A DNA stretch of 20,000 bases, from the IMG/VR virus record IMGVR_UViG_3300042865_001090. One strand, written 5' to 3'. Below, in pieces: positions 8,503 to 17,990 of the stretch. Position 1 is the stretch's first letter, and every line of letters begins with the position of its first letter. The stretch comes from an uncultured virus (IMG/VR IMGVR_UViG_3300042865_001090) (lineage: Duplodnaviria; Heunggongvirae; Uroviricota; Caudoviricetes). The notes under the pieces are model-generated. The model searched no databases. It was not told the origin of the DNA and saw only the letters and a list, made by a program, of their open reading frames with translations. The position numbers and the translations under genes were made by a program.

Positions 8503-8550
8503 GCGTACAATTAAATTCAGGGGTTTATTCACTGGTTGCAAGGAGACCAA

Positions 8551-9195
8551 ATGAGTCTGGTCAACAAAATTATGAATGGCGATGTCCAAATTGCCGTCGA
8601 CACAAAAGCAGCAGGACCTGCTGGCGCCATAATACCTCAAGAAAATATTACCGGTGATGTACTCAGGGGGTATGGACCGCGCAGGGGCAATCTTGAGCGC
8701 CTCCTTCGTTACTGGAGACCAATTATGCGCAAGCCTGGCGGGTTCAGGAGATGCCGAGTAATTCTTGCCGACCACCCAGAGCTTTACCCACTTGAAAGAA
8801 TATGCGCCTGGTTGCATCACGAAACAACTGGTCTGTGGCCAAATGAAGGGTGCCACCACCCAGGAATGAAAAACTGTCGCAAGAAGATGCGCGGGGTTGT
8901 TCGTGGCTCACTCTACTCTGACCAGGAATTCAACAATAGAATGCGCAAACTGACATCGCGCAGTGGCAGGAAGGCTGTAGAATTTACGGGTATACGCTCG
9001 GTTGATGAGCCCTTTTCCCCAGTCATCACGCAGGATGATTGGACCCATGCAGTGAAAGTATTACAAGATTTCATAGACATGGAACCGGACTTCGTTAAGT
9101 ACGTGGAAGACGAAAAAAACTGGGAACACGTCGATGGGTATGTTATCGATAAAAACGAATTGGAGTCGCTAGATGCGAACAATATTGAGTTCTGA
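8551..9195 (+). CDS. Phage-type hypothetical protein (214 aa from ATG 8551) with a Cys/His putative metal-binding domain
   Basis: AGGAGA at 8541-8546 supports ATG 8551 rather than TTG 8536. GNLERLLRYW...PGGFRRC...CAWLHHETTGLWP resembles a small domain I recall from actinobacteriophage head-region proteins. Confidence 0.8.
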   Translation: MSLVNKIMNGDVQIAVDTKAAGPAGAIIPQENITGDVLRGYGPRRGNLERLLRYWRPIMRKPGGFRRCRVILADHPELYPLERICAWLHHETTGLWPNEGCHHPGMKNCRKKMRGVVRGSLYSDQEFNNRMRKLTSRSGRKAVEFTGIRSVDEPFSPVITQDDWTHAVKVLQDFIDMEPDFVKYVEDEKNWEHVDGYVIDKNELESLDANNIEF

Positions 9196-11224
9196 TTGCT
9201 GCCCGTCCCAGGAGATTGTAAAAGTTAGACATATTTCTCCGTCTTTCGCACTATCTAGAACTAACCTTTTTACAGCGCCAATTTATTCTGTCAACGAAAG
9301 AAAATCAATTATTGATTTCAAATGCGCAATGCAGCGCAGAGGCGTAAAAAGTGCTTACGAAATAAAAGTCGGAGCGACTGGCTCGGACAGCAGAATTCTT
9401 CAATCTCTCCAGGGACTTGGTTCTGCCGTTACTCCGGGAAACTTTTCCAACGTGCGAAGTCCTGTTAGGTCACGAATTTACTCAGCTCTCACCCCGGGTG
9501 GTGGTCGAGGAGTTCCTGGTGGATTTGGCGCACTCAAGCCAGAGCGTGGATATAGATGTCCAGAAGGGTATCAATTCGGTGGAAGATTTACTGACTCACG
9601 TTTTTCTACATGTGGAAAACAACTATTCGACCTTCCTGGAATCATAGGCGCAACAATCGCCTCTGTTTTGCGTGGCTCTCGTCGTAGCCCATCCTTCCAG
9701 GATGTCGGTGGCACACGTGTTAAGCCAGTGTCTGTGGCTGGTGACGTAATCCAGTCGCGCGCGCCACAAATTCCAAAAGTTACTGGTGCTAACAGACAGC
9801 GCAGAAATCGCTCCGTCGATGACATAGTCGGACAGATGTCGCAGGTAAATGAAGCCTACATGAGAATGGTGCGGCGCGACGGCTTCATCTTGGAGCCGGT
9901 AGTTTCTCCTGCAGTTCTTAGGACAATCCCCGACAACAGAGATATGGAAGGCGCAACATTCCTGATGAATGCTTTGACGTCGGATTCAATTGGTGGAGAA
10001 GAACTTGGAATGCTTTCGAATACCGGCATTGAAAAACTATCCTATGTCCTATCTGGAGGTTCAACTGTTTCCATCGGGAAAGCTCGCCCGCTAACAGTTG
10101 GAGAACGACGCAAGCTTGGTAGAACTGTGGCCACGGCGGAGAAGCTGCGTGCCAATGATGACCCGGTTCAAAAATTAAAATTCATCGCAGAGGAAATGGG
10201 CGATGGAATATCTTATGAAGAAGAGTTTAAAGGAATAAAAAACCCGAATGAAATCATTAAAGTCAACCTCCCAGCAGGTGCTGGCAAGCGAACAATGCGC
10301 AGGTGGCATTATGAGACTTTCTATCGAAAGAAAAAGAAGTCAAAGCAGTCCGCTCGCTCCACAGAGCTAGAAGCAATTCCCGAAGACGATAAAATCAAAG
10401 ACCTTGCTTCTGCGGTCCGTCACCTTAATAATGGTGGTTCGATTGAGAATATTTCATCGAATGTTCGGTCGGAGGCTGTCAGTCGTAGCGCAATGTACAA
10501 GACTGGAAAAATACGAAACGGTGTATTGATTCACGAGCGTGCCGATGGACAAACGGTGTTTGAAATAACACCTGATGAGAACTTTGAACATCTGGGTGCC
10601 GCACTGGCATCAGAACTACAGCGCTCAATGGGTCTTATTGCGCCAAAGGTTCGTTTGGCTGGTGCTGGAAAAAAGCGCAACTATATGCTTGGAGAAGCTC
10701 AGGATGCAGAAATGTTTGGCGTTCAAGATAGGACAATGGACATTGCTGACCTCCCCTCGGAGGACGTTGTCGGAATTCTAATGTCCGACTATCTCACCGA
10801 TACCAGGGATAGAAACCCTTCCACGATTGCGCCAATACGCGTCGGTGGCAGAATGCGTGCAGTTGCTTCTTTGAATGGAAGTGCTGGTCTCTCGGGTATG
10901 ACCTCGACGGAAATACGCGGAAGACGACAAATGCAAGTAAACGATTTCTTCAAGAAAAAGCAGCAGAGAATATACGCTGAATATTTTGAAAAACTTCAGG
11001 CCCAGCAGCGCAAGAGGGCGTTAATGCTATTTGATAAGCTGCTCGAACAAGCAGGAGAATTTGATTTTAAGCGATTTAGACAAATGCTCTCAATAGATGG
11101 ACAGCTTTCTGAAGCAGAATTACTACATCTTGGGATTGTCGAAAAAATATTTGAACAGCGTGTCAACATACTTAAATCATCATCTGGAAATTTCAAGAAA
11201 CTGATTGGCTTATCGATTAGATGA
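9173..11224 (+). CDS. 683-aa protein: N-terminal RCP..FT..C motif and C-terminal degenerate HipA/PI3K-PI4K-like kinase fold
   Basis: GGAG at 9162-9165. 23-nt overlap with the upstream gene. ALASELQRSMGLIAPKVRL and DYLTDTRDRNPSTI...AVASLNG follow the HipA-like layout. Confidence 0.85.
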   Translation: MRTILSSDCCPSQEIVKVRHISPSFALSRTNLFTAPIYSVNERKSIIDFKCAMQRRGVKSAYEIKVGATGSDSRILQSLQGLGSAVTPGNFSNVRSPVRSRIYSALTPGGGRGVPGGFGALKPERGYRCPEGYQFGGRFTDSRFSTCGKQLFDLPGIIGATIASVLRGSRRSPSFQDVGGTRVKPVSVAGDVIQSRAPQIPKVTGANRQRRNRSVDDIVGQMSQVNEAYMRMVRRDGFILEPVVSPAVLRTIPDNRDMEGATFLMNALTSDSIGGEELGMLSNTGIEKLSYVLSGGSTVSIGKARPLTVGERRKLGRTVATAEKLRANDDPVQKLKFIAEEMGDGISYEEEFKGIKNPNEIIKVNLPAGAGKRTMRRWHYETFYRKKKKSKQSARSTELEAIPEDDKIKDLASAVRHLNNGGSIENISSNVRSEAVSRSAMYKTGKIRNGVLIHERADGQTVFEITPDENFEHLGAALASELQRSMGLIAPKVRLAGAGKKRNYMLGEAQDAEMFGVQDRTMDIADLPSEDVVGILMSDYLTDTRDRNPSTIAPIRVGGRMRAVASLNGSAGLSGMTSTEIRGRRQMQVNDFFKKKQQRIYAEYFEKLQAQQRKRALMLFDKLLEQAGEFDFKRFRQMLSIDGQLSEAELLHLGIVEKIFEQRVNILKSSSGNFKKLIGLSIR

Positions 11225-14200
11225 AAAAAGCAACGGTAATTAGAGACAAGCTCTCTGGTCAGCCTTTTGCAATACTTCTTCCATCCGATGGAAAGAAACC
11301 AGTTGCATTCGGCTCATCAGGCCAAGGGAGACTATGGGCCGACTGGGCGATGTCGTCCAGTAGCGGAGCGCTCGACAATCTCGATGTGTCTCTTACCGTC
11401 GAGAAAGATGTTGAACTAACCGATGAATTTATAACCTCACTCGAGAGCACTTTTGAAATTGCCGACTTAAACGAACTTAAATTCACCATCTCCAAAAAGG
11501 CGTTGCTGGTCATCGAAAAAGTAAAATCCCTTGCCGGAGAGGAGCCTGCAAAATATGAGCAGATGAACGAGGATAACGAGGAGGAACTCGTAGACAGATG
11601 GCCAGTAGTGGATGCTGCGATTGCGACCATCGATGTTGCCTATAAACAAAATGCTCTTGACTACAAGGCAAAGGCTTTCAACCTTGATTCAAAACGCAGC
11701 TCAATGCTGCTGCAAGTCAAGGGCGTAAGAGCCATGTGGGACCCAAACATGCCTGGCGGGGGTGGATGGAGATGCCCTGACGAAACGGTAAATGGTGGCC
11801 AGTTCACCAACAGACTTGGTCGTGGGTGCACATTTGGGGCAATACGCAGAATAGGCAGGGCATTGATGACTGCCTCCCTGAAGGACATTGCAAAGGGTTT
11901 TGATGATGATGAGGTGGCCTTTCCGAGCGTCTACAGGGCTGGAAAGAAACTAGACGAGGTTGGAGAAAAACTCAAAGAAAGAACAGGGAAAAAATACAGC
12001 CGCAGAGCGATGAGGAGGGCTGACCAGCTCAAAAAAGAACAAGCTCGTCAGATGCTAAAAGAATCTCGCCCAACGTTTAGACAAAGATATGAATCGCTTG
12101 GGCCAACAGTAAGTAGACGCAACAGGGTTCTAATAGCCGCCTCTCAAACCGCCAGAGACGTTGCCGATGACCAGGCAACCAGAGGTTTTGTTTCTGAAGC
12201 CAGGAGACGCACTCGCAGACAAGGCATCCCCACAAGAAAAACACCAACAAATGATACTGAAACCTTCTCAAATGACGACACCATAACTGGCGCCATGAGC
12301 CCAGAGCGAAGGGCTCAGATTGCGGAAAAACTGAGAACAACAGCACAAGACATTTACGAAGGTCGACGTTTTGCAAGACGACAAAAAAAATCGGAACGAA
12401 AACAGACAAAAAACTCACCACAACTCAATGAAAACGAACTAGAGCGCAGCAACAGGATTGCTACAAAGCAAATTGATTCAATACTTGGCGTACTCAAGCA
12501 AAGAGACTCGGGTAGAGAGTATCTTGCCGGAGTTGTGAATTCAGCGGTGAGCAATTTGAATAATTGGGCTAAAGAAAAAACTGATGGATTAGGGTTTCCT
12601 AACAGGGTTTATACAGAAGCCGACTTCGACGATAACGATGTACAGATAATCGAACGGGCTCTGCGTGAGCTAAAAGAAAACCCAGACAAGCCATTTGCGG
12701 ACCAACAGTGGGGTAGATTTGCGCAATTATTCAAGCTTTGGGGAACGCACAACTGGGCGGTAAATCGCTCTATGCCACTGCAAAATAACGACGGAAATGT
12801 AATTTCAGATTATATTCCAAGATTAAAAAAACCTTTTGGGCAAACAGATGTGTTTCCGGAGCTATGGGTAGATGGTCGTTCGGTCAATGAGTTTGGATTG
12901 CGCACGCCTGAGGAGTTGACCGAATTAAATAACGCCCACACTACTCTTGGTTTTCTCGACATTGACACAAAAATTCCAGACAAAGACCAGACACTCTCCA
13001 TGCTCGGCGGATTTTACTCTGACGAAGAAGGTGATGTTTTCGGTGGCTACTACAAGGAGTTTATCGCCGATGAATCAAAATTTTCGGTTTCGGCGAGAGA
13101 AGTTTTGGCAAATGGGCTAAAGCGCAATCATGAAATAGACTTGCGTAAGTTTTTACATAATAAATTTTATGGCTCAACCGCGTGGAACTCTCCAAAGAAA
13201 ACCACAAACAGGGAAACTGAGATAACGCCATCACAGTCCATTGTTGAGCGTTTCATGCGTGGACTAAGTCCTTCGCGTGACAAAGAACAACGAACTCTTG
13301 AAAGAGAACTCAGAGGAAAGACGCCTCGCAGTACAACCGAATTGCGCGAAAGAATTGCTCGACGACAGAGACGGCGAGCAAAGGAGCAAGCTGGTGAGCT
13401 GGTCACGTTTGAGGATTATGCAGACTACGAGCAGCTCAAAATAAACAGACCAGAACTTGTTGGCGGAAAGCGAAAGCTTAATGAATTTACAGAACCAACA
13501 CCTCCGAATAAAACCAGAATGCGTGCGCGCGAACGCTGGAGGACCAAACCATCCGAAGAGGGTCGCCCAAAGGTCGACATCATCCTGCGAGACATGGAGC
13601 CACACCTATCCTCAAGCGGAGATGTAAATGAAAACACCATCAAAGGTCTTGATGACCTAGATAGATTTTTTCAAGCGGAAGTAAATCATGCCGCAATCGC
13701 CAGACTGCGAGAGTCCGCCCTGACTCCATACGACACAGAAAATCAGGATGAACTCAAAAAGATTTACGGAGACTGGCTGCGCTCATTCAACGACTCAGAT
13801 GCGGACCCGCAGCCGGGTTCCCCATCAAACATGGGACTCACTGAGCAGACATCGATATCGTGGGTTGTTCCCGGTGAACCAGGGTTTCTCACCAGGAATC
13901 TGGATGAAGCATGGGAATTTGCAACTTCAAAATCAGAAGAAGATAGCAATTTCGACCCACGCACGCTAGACGCGGTAGGGGACAGAATTGTTCTCCGAGC
14001 AAATCAATTCAACGGACGTCCTGTGGTTTACGTAGAAGATACGGAGGCGCAGGTTGCTCACCTTATGACTCCGGATGGAAGACACCTGATGTCGATTGTG
14101 ACATCGCGGGACGACTCAGACGAGCCAGGAAAAGTTAGATTTATCAGCGGCTCCGCGGCCTTGGAGCAAATCGCAAGAACAAAAATGCGTCCAACAGTTT

Positions 14201-17200
14201 CGGAACGAATCGCAAAACTAACAGGAAGACAGAGACGCAGAACCGCTTCGTTAAGCAAACCAGCAGAACAAGCAAAAACGAAAAAGAGACTAAATATTGG
14301 TTTCGCCAATGGAGAGCCAGTCGGTTTATTTTTTGGCAAAACAACTACCGGCCGCCGCCTAAACACGCTCTCCCCATTGGCGATGACCGAATCCGAGATG
14401 GCGGAAATAACCAAGTCAATCGAGGAGAATCTAGACATTCTCGAAAACAACCTACGTAGAAGACTTGGCTACCCAGATTTGAATCAGCCAATTTCAACAG
14501 TCGATGCCGCAGCGAGAATTGAAGAAGTACGTAAAACTTCTGGAAGATTTGCAGGAATTCTAGAAACAGACCTACACAACATGATTGCGCTTTCCAGGGC
14601 TCAAGAATCAAACGATATTCTCTACATAAACGACCTAAAACCTGCATTGCGTAACAAAATTTTAGAAAACGTTTCTTCTAGCTATTTGGAAATTGGCTTG
14701 TCGTCCGGGAACAAGAGATATGACGTTGTTCCGCACAAGGGTAGGCCGGCAGCAGCCAAAAAAGTAATAAAACTGCCGCAGCGGGCTCCGCTCATGGTTT
14801 CAGAATCATCCCTTGCTCCGGACCCGTCGACCGTGGGAACTGGTCCTGACTTAACTCCAGGAGTTGGAAATGCCCAGCTAGGCATTGAATACGAGGCGAG
14901 CACTGGTCTCTACAAGGATTCCGTCAGTCTCGAATACATAGAAGACTACTCAAACCTCCCAATTGAGCAAACGGCAATCTACGACCCGGTTCTTCCTGAT
15001 GAGACAAAAACGTACCCACGAGTTTCGATTACCCCAGCTGGGGTATTCCCAACCAGATTCGCAACATTGGCTCCAGAAGTGAATCCGGATGGCGATGCAA
15101 TTAAACCTGGTGACGTTGCCACAAGAACATTCAAGGACGCAATCGAAGCTTACATATCATCTCGGGTGCTAACTGGAAAAGCGAAGACGGACCCAACCGC
15201 AGCGGCAGTCGACAGAATACTTGGAAGAAATGTCGAAGCCGAGTCGCTTAGGGCAAACATACTTGCTCGAGTTGACGCGAGAGGATACAAGCCCACGAAG
15301 ACGAACGGCGACCCTGTCTTTTCTGTGCCTCCGACACTTGGTCAACTCACGTTTGCTGAAATGCAGGCTCTTGCAAATAGCTCAATTGAATCAAATCCAG
15401 ATTCAAGCATGACCGACTTGGGTCTAACATTTTCTTCAGTTAGCCCCAATGCAGAACTTGGTTCGATAGCTGGGAAGAGGGCATTTGAGGATGTTTTCAG
15501 AACTTCCTTCATTGATGGTTTAGGTCTAGATATGGATTTGGAACCATCACTCTTTTATATCCCTTCTGAGTCCGTAAAAGGCAACGACATAAACGAGATG
15601 CTTGTCGACATAAACAGAGCATTGCAGCTTCAAAATGCCGCCGACCTGCTGCGTGCTTCCCTCTCTAGTTCATTCTCGGATGCCAAGGCTGCCAAGCTAC
15701 AACAACTACAAGACGAGGCAAATGACGCATGGCAGCAGGCATCAAAAACTTTATCTACGTCTTACAGGGATGCGGCAACAGCCCGGAACGATGCCCTCGC
15801 GATACTCAGCGATAACCCTAAGAATAAATCTGCCATGAGTATGTATTTACAGATGGGCGCAAGAGCAGAAGCAGCGAAGATGCTTCTTGATAAACACATA
15901 ACATCAAATCAGGTGGCTTTGGACGCAATTACGGCGATGAGGCGTACCGAACTTGAAGGAATGGCAAAATCTAGAAATCAGCGTAAGCGCGCAATGCTCG
16001 ACAGGGTGAAAGCAAGGGCAAATAAAGGAATTCCTCGCAATGAGGGAGCCTTTGACGCAACACCAGAACTCCTTGACCCATGGGGAACGGCGACTCCTCC
16101 GTTACAGCCTCGCTCCCTGGATGACATCCTCGCCGTGAGGGCTCAGCATCGAGCCGAGGGTCTGTATGACGACCCAACTCAAGGTATCGCTCAGCTAGCA
16201 GAAGAACAAATTGATGCACTCGTTGCAATGGATGTCATACAAAAAAAAGCCGCAGATGCTATGCAGGGCAATGGGGATGGTAGCGACCCAAGCAAATTTA
16301 CCGGCATGGAAAATACGCCTATGTACGGTGCGGATTTCGACTACACACAGAGAGCCGACGTGCAGGTTGCTCACTTTTGGTATTACAACGGTTCTAGCAG
16401 CTTGCCGGTGCTGGTCAATCAAGAAGAATTAGACGAAATTTTAACCTCTGTGGATTCTTCGGGTAATAGGCGCGCACTCGTGATAACGCGCGGCGTAAAG
16501 GCGTCAACCGGAACGACAGCGGAAAAAACGGCACAGGAAGAAGAGTGGGTAAACATGGCTCTCCGTGGAGACAGATTTGTCCCGGGAAGCGGCGGAAAGG
16601 CAGAGGGACACGGCGAGTATTGGACATTTAATCCTGGTGGTGGTTGGTCCTCGTATCATGGAGGACACGGCGGAACGATGATTGCCGTAATAACCGACCA
16701 ATCGGAAATATTCCACAAAGACGTTTTTCATGCTTTGTTTTCTGGTAATTCAGGACAACTATACGAAAATCTGTGGGGAATCTATAATGCAATTGGCGCT
16801 CCTGATTCGACTGGAGTCAATGCATCTCACGGACAGCAAGTAGCAAGATTGCTGGCGCCAAACAGTGTTCTCCCAGACGCGAATACCGGACAATTCACCG
16901 CAACTCAACTTGCACAACTTGAAGACGTAGTTCAACAACTAACCGCTATCGGCCCAGACCTCACCGTAAGAAAGTCAAGTAGGTCAAGATTGAAAGCACT
17001 TGATATATCGGATGAATGGGGAGCATTCACCCTGGAGGGACTATACAGAGACAGCCCATTGGGCACTCGCCCTCCACATTCAAGCATGTCACAATCTGCA
17101 TGGGAAGATATGTTTAGGGACGTTAGATTAACACCCGACACACCGGAGAATATCCGAATAATCGAAGAGACAAAAGCATTGCGTCAAAAAGTGAATGCTT

Positions 17201-17610
17201 GGTACGCTCAACATCTCAGCTGGTTCGTGCAGCTCGCGCAGATGCGCCGAGATGAATCACAACCTGGGCAAGCAGGCACAGATGCAAAAGAGTACAATAC
17301 AAGACTCAATTCAGCCATGCGAAGCATTCTGTATTTAGGGGCAGAATCTCGCGCATCAATGTTGGGGGTTGACGCATTGATTCCCGATGTGGCTCAAACG
17401 GTGCTTCCATCGGAATTATTTCAAGCTATCAGCAGGCCTGACAATCCGGCCGGGGACAGGGTGCTGATGATGAATCGCTCAGGTATGATTATGCTGAGGA
17501 CAGGAATAAAGCACTATACCGATATCGTAAGTCACCTGAGGAATCTGCAGGTCCCAAAACCAAACGGAACCGCATACTCACCTATAAACGATAGAAACTG
17601 GGGACGTTAA
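11221..17610 (+). CDS. Giant protein, 2129 aa: RCP..FT..C motif, Arg/Lys-rich segments, long helical region, C-terminal putative ADP-ribosyltransferase-fold domain
   Basis: 6.4-kb uninterrupted ORF with ATGA coupling to the upstream gene. C-terminal motifs LPVLVNQEELD, ITRGV, GHGEYW, LGVDA and MMNRSGMI. Confidence 0.88.
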   Translation: MKKATVIRDKLSGQPFAILLPSDGKKPVAFGSSGQGRLWADWAMSSSSGALDNLDVSLTVEKDVELTDEFITSLESTFEIADLNELKFTISKKALLVIEKVKSLAGEEPAKYEQMNEDNEEELVDRWPVVDAAIATIDVAYKQNALDYKAKAFNLDSKRSSMLLQVKGVRAMWDPNMPGGGGWRCPDETVNGGQFTNRLGRGCTFGAIRRIGRALMTASLKDIAKGFDDDEVAFPSVYRAGKKLDEVGEKLKERTGKKYSRRAMRRADQLKKEQARQMLKESRPTFRQRYESLGPTVSRRNRVLIAASQTARDVADDQATRGFVSEARRRTRRQGIPTRKTPTNDTETFSNDDTITGAMSPERRAQIAEKLRTTAQDIYEGRRFARRQKKSERKQTKNSPQLNENELERSNRIATKQIDSILGVLKQRDSGREYLAGVVNSAVSNLNNWAKEKTDGLGFPNRVYTEADFDDNDVQIIERALRELKENPDKPFADQQWGRFAQLFKLWGTHNWAVNRSMPLQNNDGNVISDYIPRLKKPFGQTDVFPELWVDGRSVNEFGLRTPEELTELNNAHTTLGFLDIDTKIPDKDQTLSMLGGFYSDEEGDVFGGYYKEFIADESKFSVSAREVLANGLKRNHEIDLRKFLHNKFYGSTAWNSPKKTTNRETEITPSQSIVERFMRGLSPSRDKEQRTLERELRGKTPRSTTELRERIARRQRRRAKEQAGELVTFEDYADYEQLKINRPELVGGKRKLNEFTEPTPPNKTRMRARERWRTKPSEEGRPKVDIILRDMEPHLSSSGDVNENTIKGLDDLDRFFQAEVNHAAIARLRESALTPYDTENQDELKKIYGDWLRSFNDSDADPQPGSPSNMGLTEQTSISWVVPGEPGFLTRNLDEAWEFATSKSEEDSNFDPRTLDAVGDRIVLRANQFNGRPVVYVEDTEAQVAHLMTPDGRHLMSIVTSRDDSDEPGKVRFISGSAALEQIARTKMRPTVSERIAKLTGRQRRRTASLSKPAEQAKTKKRLNIGFANGEPVGLFFGKTTTGRRLNTLSPLAMTESEMAEITKSIEENLDILENNLRRRLGYPDLNQPISTVDAAARIEEVRKTSGRFAGILETDLHNMIALSRAQESNDILYINDLKPALRNKILENVSSSYLEIGLSSGNKRYDVVPHKGRPAAAKKVIKLPQRAPLMVSESSLAPDPSTVGTGPDLTPGVGNAQLGIEYEASTGLYKDSVSLEYIEDYSNLPIEQTAIYDPVLPDETKTYPRVSITPAGVFPTRFATLAPEVNPDGDAIKPGDVATRTFKDAIEAYISSRVLTGKAKTDPTAAAVDRILGRNVEAESLRANILARVDARGYKPTKTNGDPVFSVPPTLGQLTFAEMQALANSSIESNPDSSMTDLGLTFSSVSPNAELGSIAGKRAFEDVFRTSFIDGLGLDMDLEPSLFYIPSESVKGNDINEMLVDINRALQLQNAADLLRASLSSSFSDAKAAKLQQLQDEANDAWQQASKTLSTSYRDAATARNDALAILSDNPKNKSAMSMYLQMGARAEAAKMLLDKHITSNQVALDAITAMRRTELEGMAKSRNQRKRAMLDRVKARANKGIPRNEGAFDATPELLDPWGTATPPLQPRSLDDILAVRAQHRAEGLYDDPTQGIAQLAEEQIDALVAMDVIQKKAADAMQGNGDGSDPSKFTGMENTPMYGADFDYTQRADVQVAHFWYYNGSSSLPVLVNQEELDEILTSVDSSGNRRALVITRGVKASTGTTAEKTAQEEEWVNMALRGDRFVPGSGGKAEGHGEYWTFNPGGGWSSYHGGHGGTMIAVITDQSEIFHKDVFHALFSGNSGQLYENLWGIYNAIGAPDSTGVNASHGQQVARLLAPNSVLPDANTGQFTATQLAQLEDVVQQLTAIGPDLTVRKSSRSRLKALDISDEWGAFTLEGLYRDSPLGTRPPHSSMSQSAWEDMFRDVRLTPDTPENIRIIEETKALRQKVNAWYAQHLSWFVQLAQMRRDESQPGQAGTDAKEYNTRLNSAMRSILYLGAESRASMLGVDALIPDVAQTVLPSELFQAISRPDNPAGDRVLMMNRSGMIMLRTGIKHYTDIVSHLRNLQVPKPNGTAYSPINDRNWGR

Positions 17611-17990
17611 TGAGCAATGCAAACATCGACTCAGACGATGCGAGATATCAGTACAATCGCGGAAAATTTATAGACAAATACTTTGACCTGTTCGAAAACT
17701 TGAATTTTCCACCTATGTTCATCGCAGGTCAAGACCTTGTCGCAGGTGAATATGAAATGGCTCTCAAGGAAGCGTACATTGATGGATTATCAGTACCCAG
17801 AATAGATTTCGTCACCGGTGATGCAAAACCATTTTCCGAATTTGAATCTAAATTCAAAAAAGAAATAGATGAAGCAAAGAAATTTAGAAGTGCAACAAAC
17901 GACAACCACCGATTGGCCTTGGATTTGTATGCAAAAGAAAATGGTGAACTTCACGAGTCGGAGTACATGAAGCAACAAAAGAGACCGTAA
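17610..17990 (+). CDS. Hypothetical protein (126 aa), acidic/aromatic
   Basis: TAATG overlaps at both ends (17608-17612 and 17988-17992). Confidence 0.8.
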   Translation: MSNANIDSDDARYQYNRGKFIDKYFDLFENLNFPPMFIAGQDLVAGEYEMALKEAYIDGLSVPRIDFVTGDAKPFSEFESKFKKEIDEAKKFRSATNDNHRLALDLYAKENGELHESEYMKQQKRP

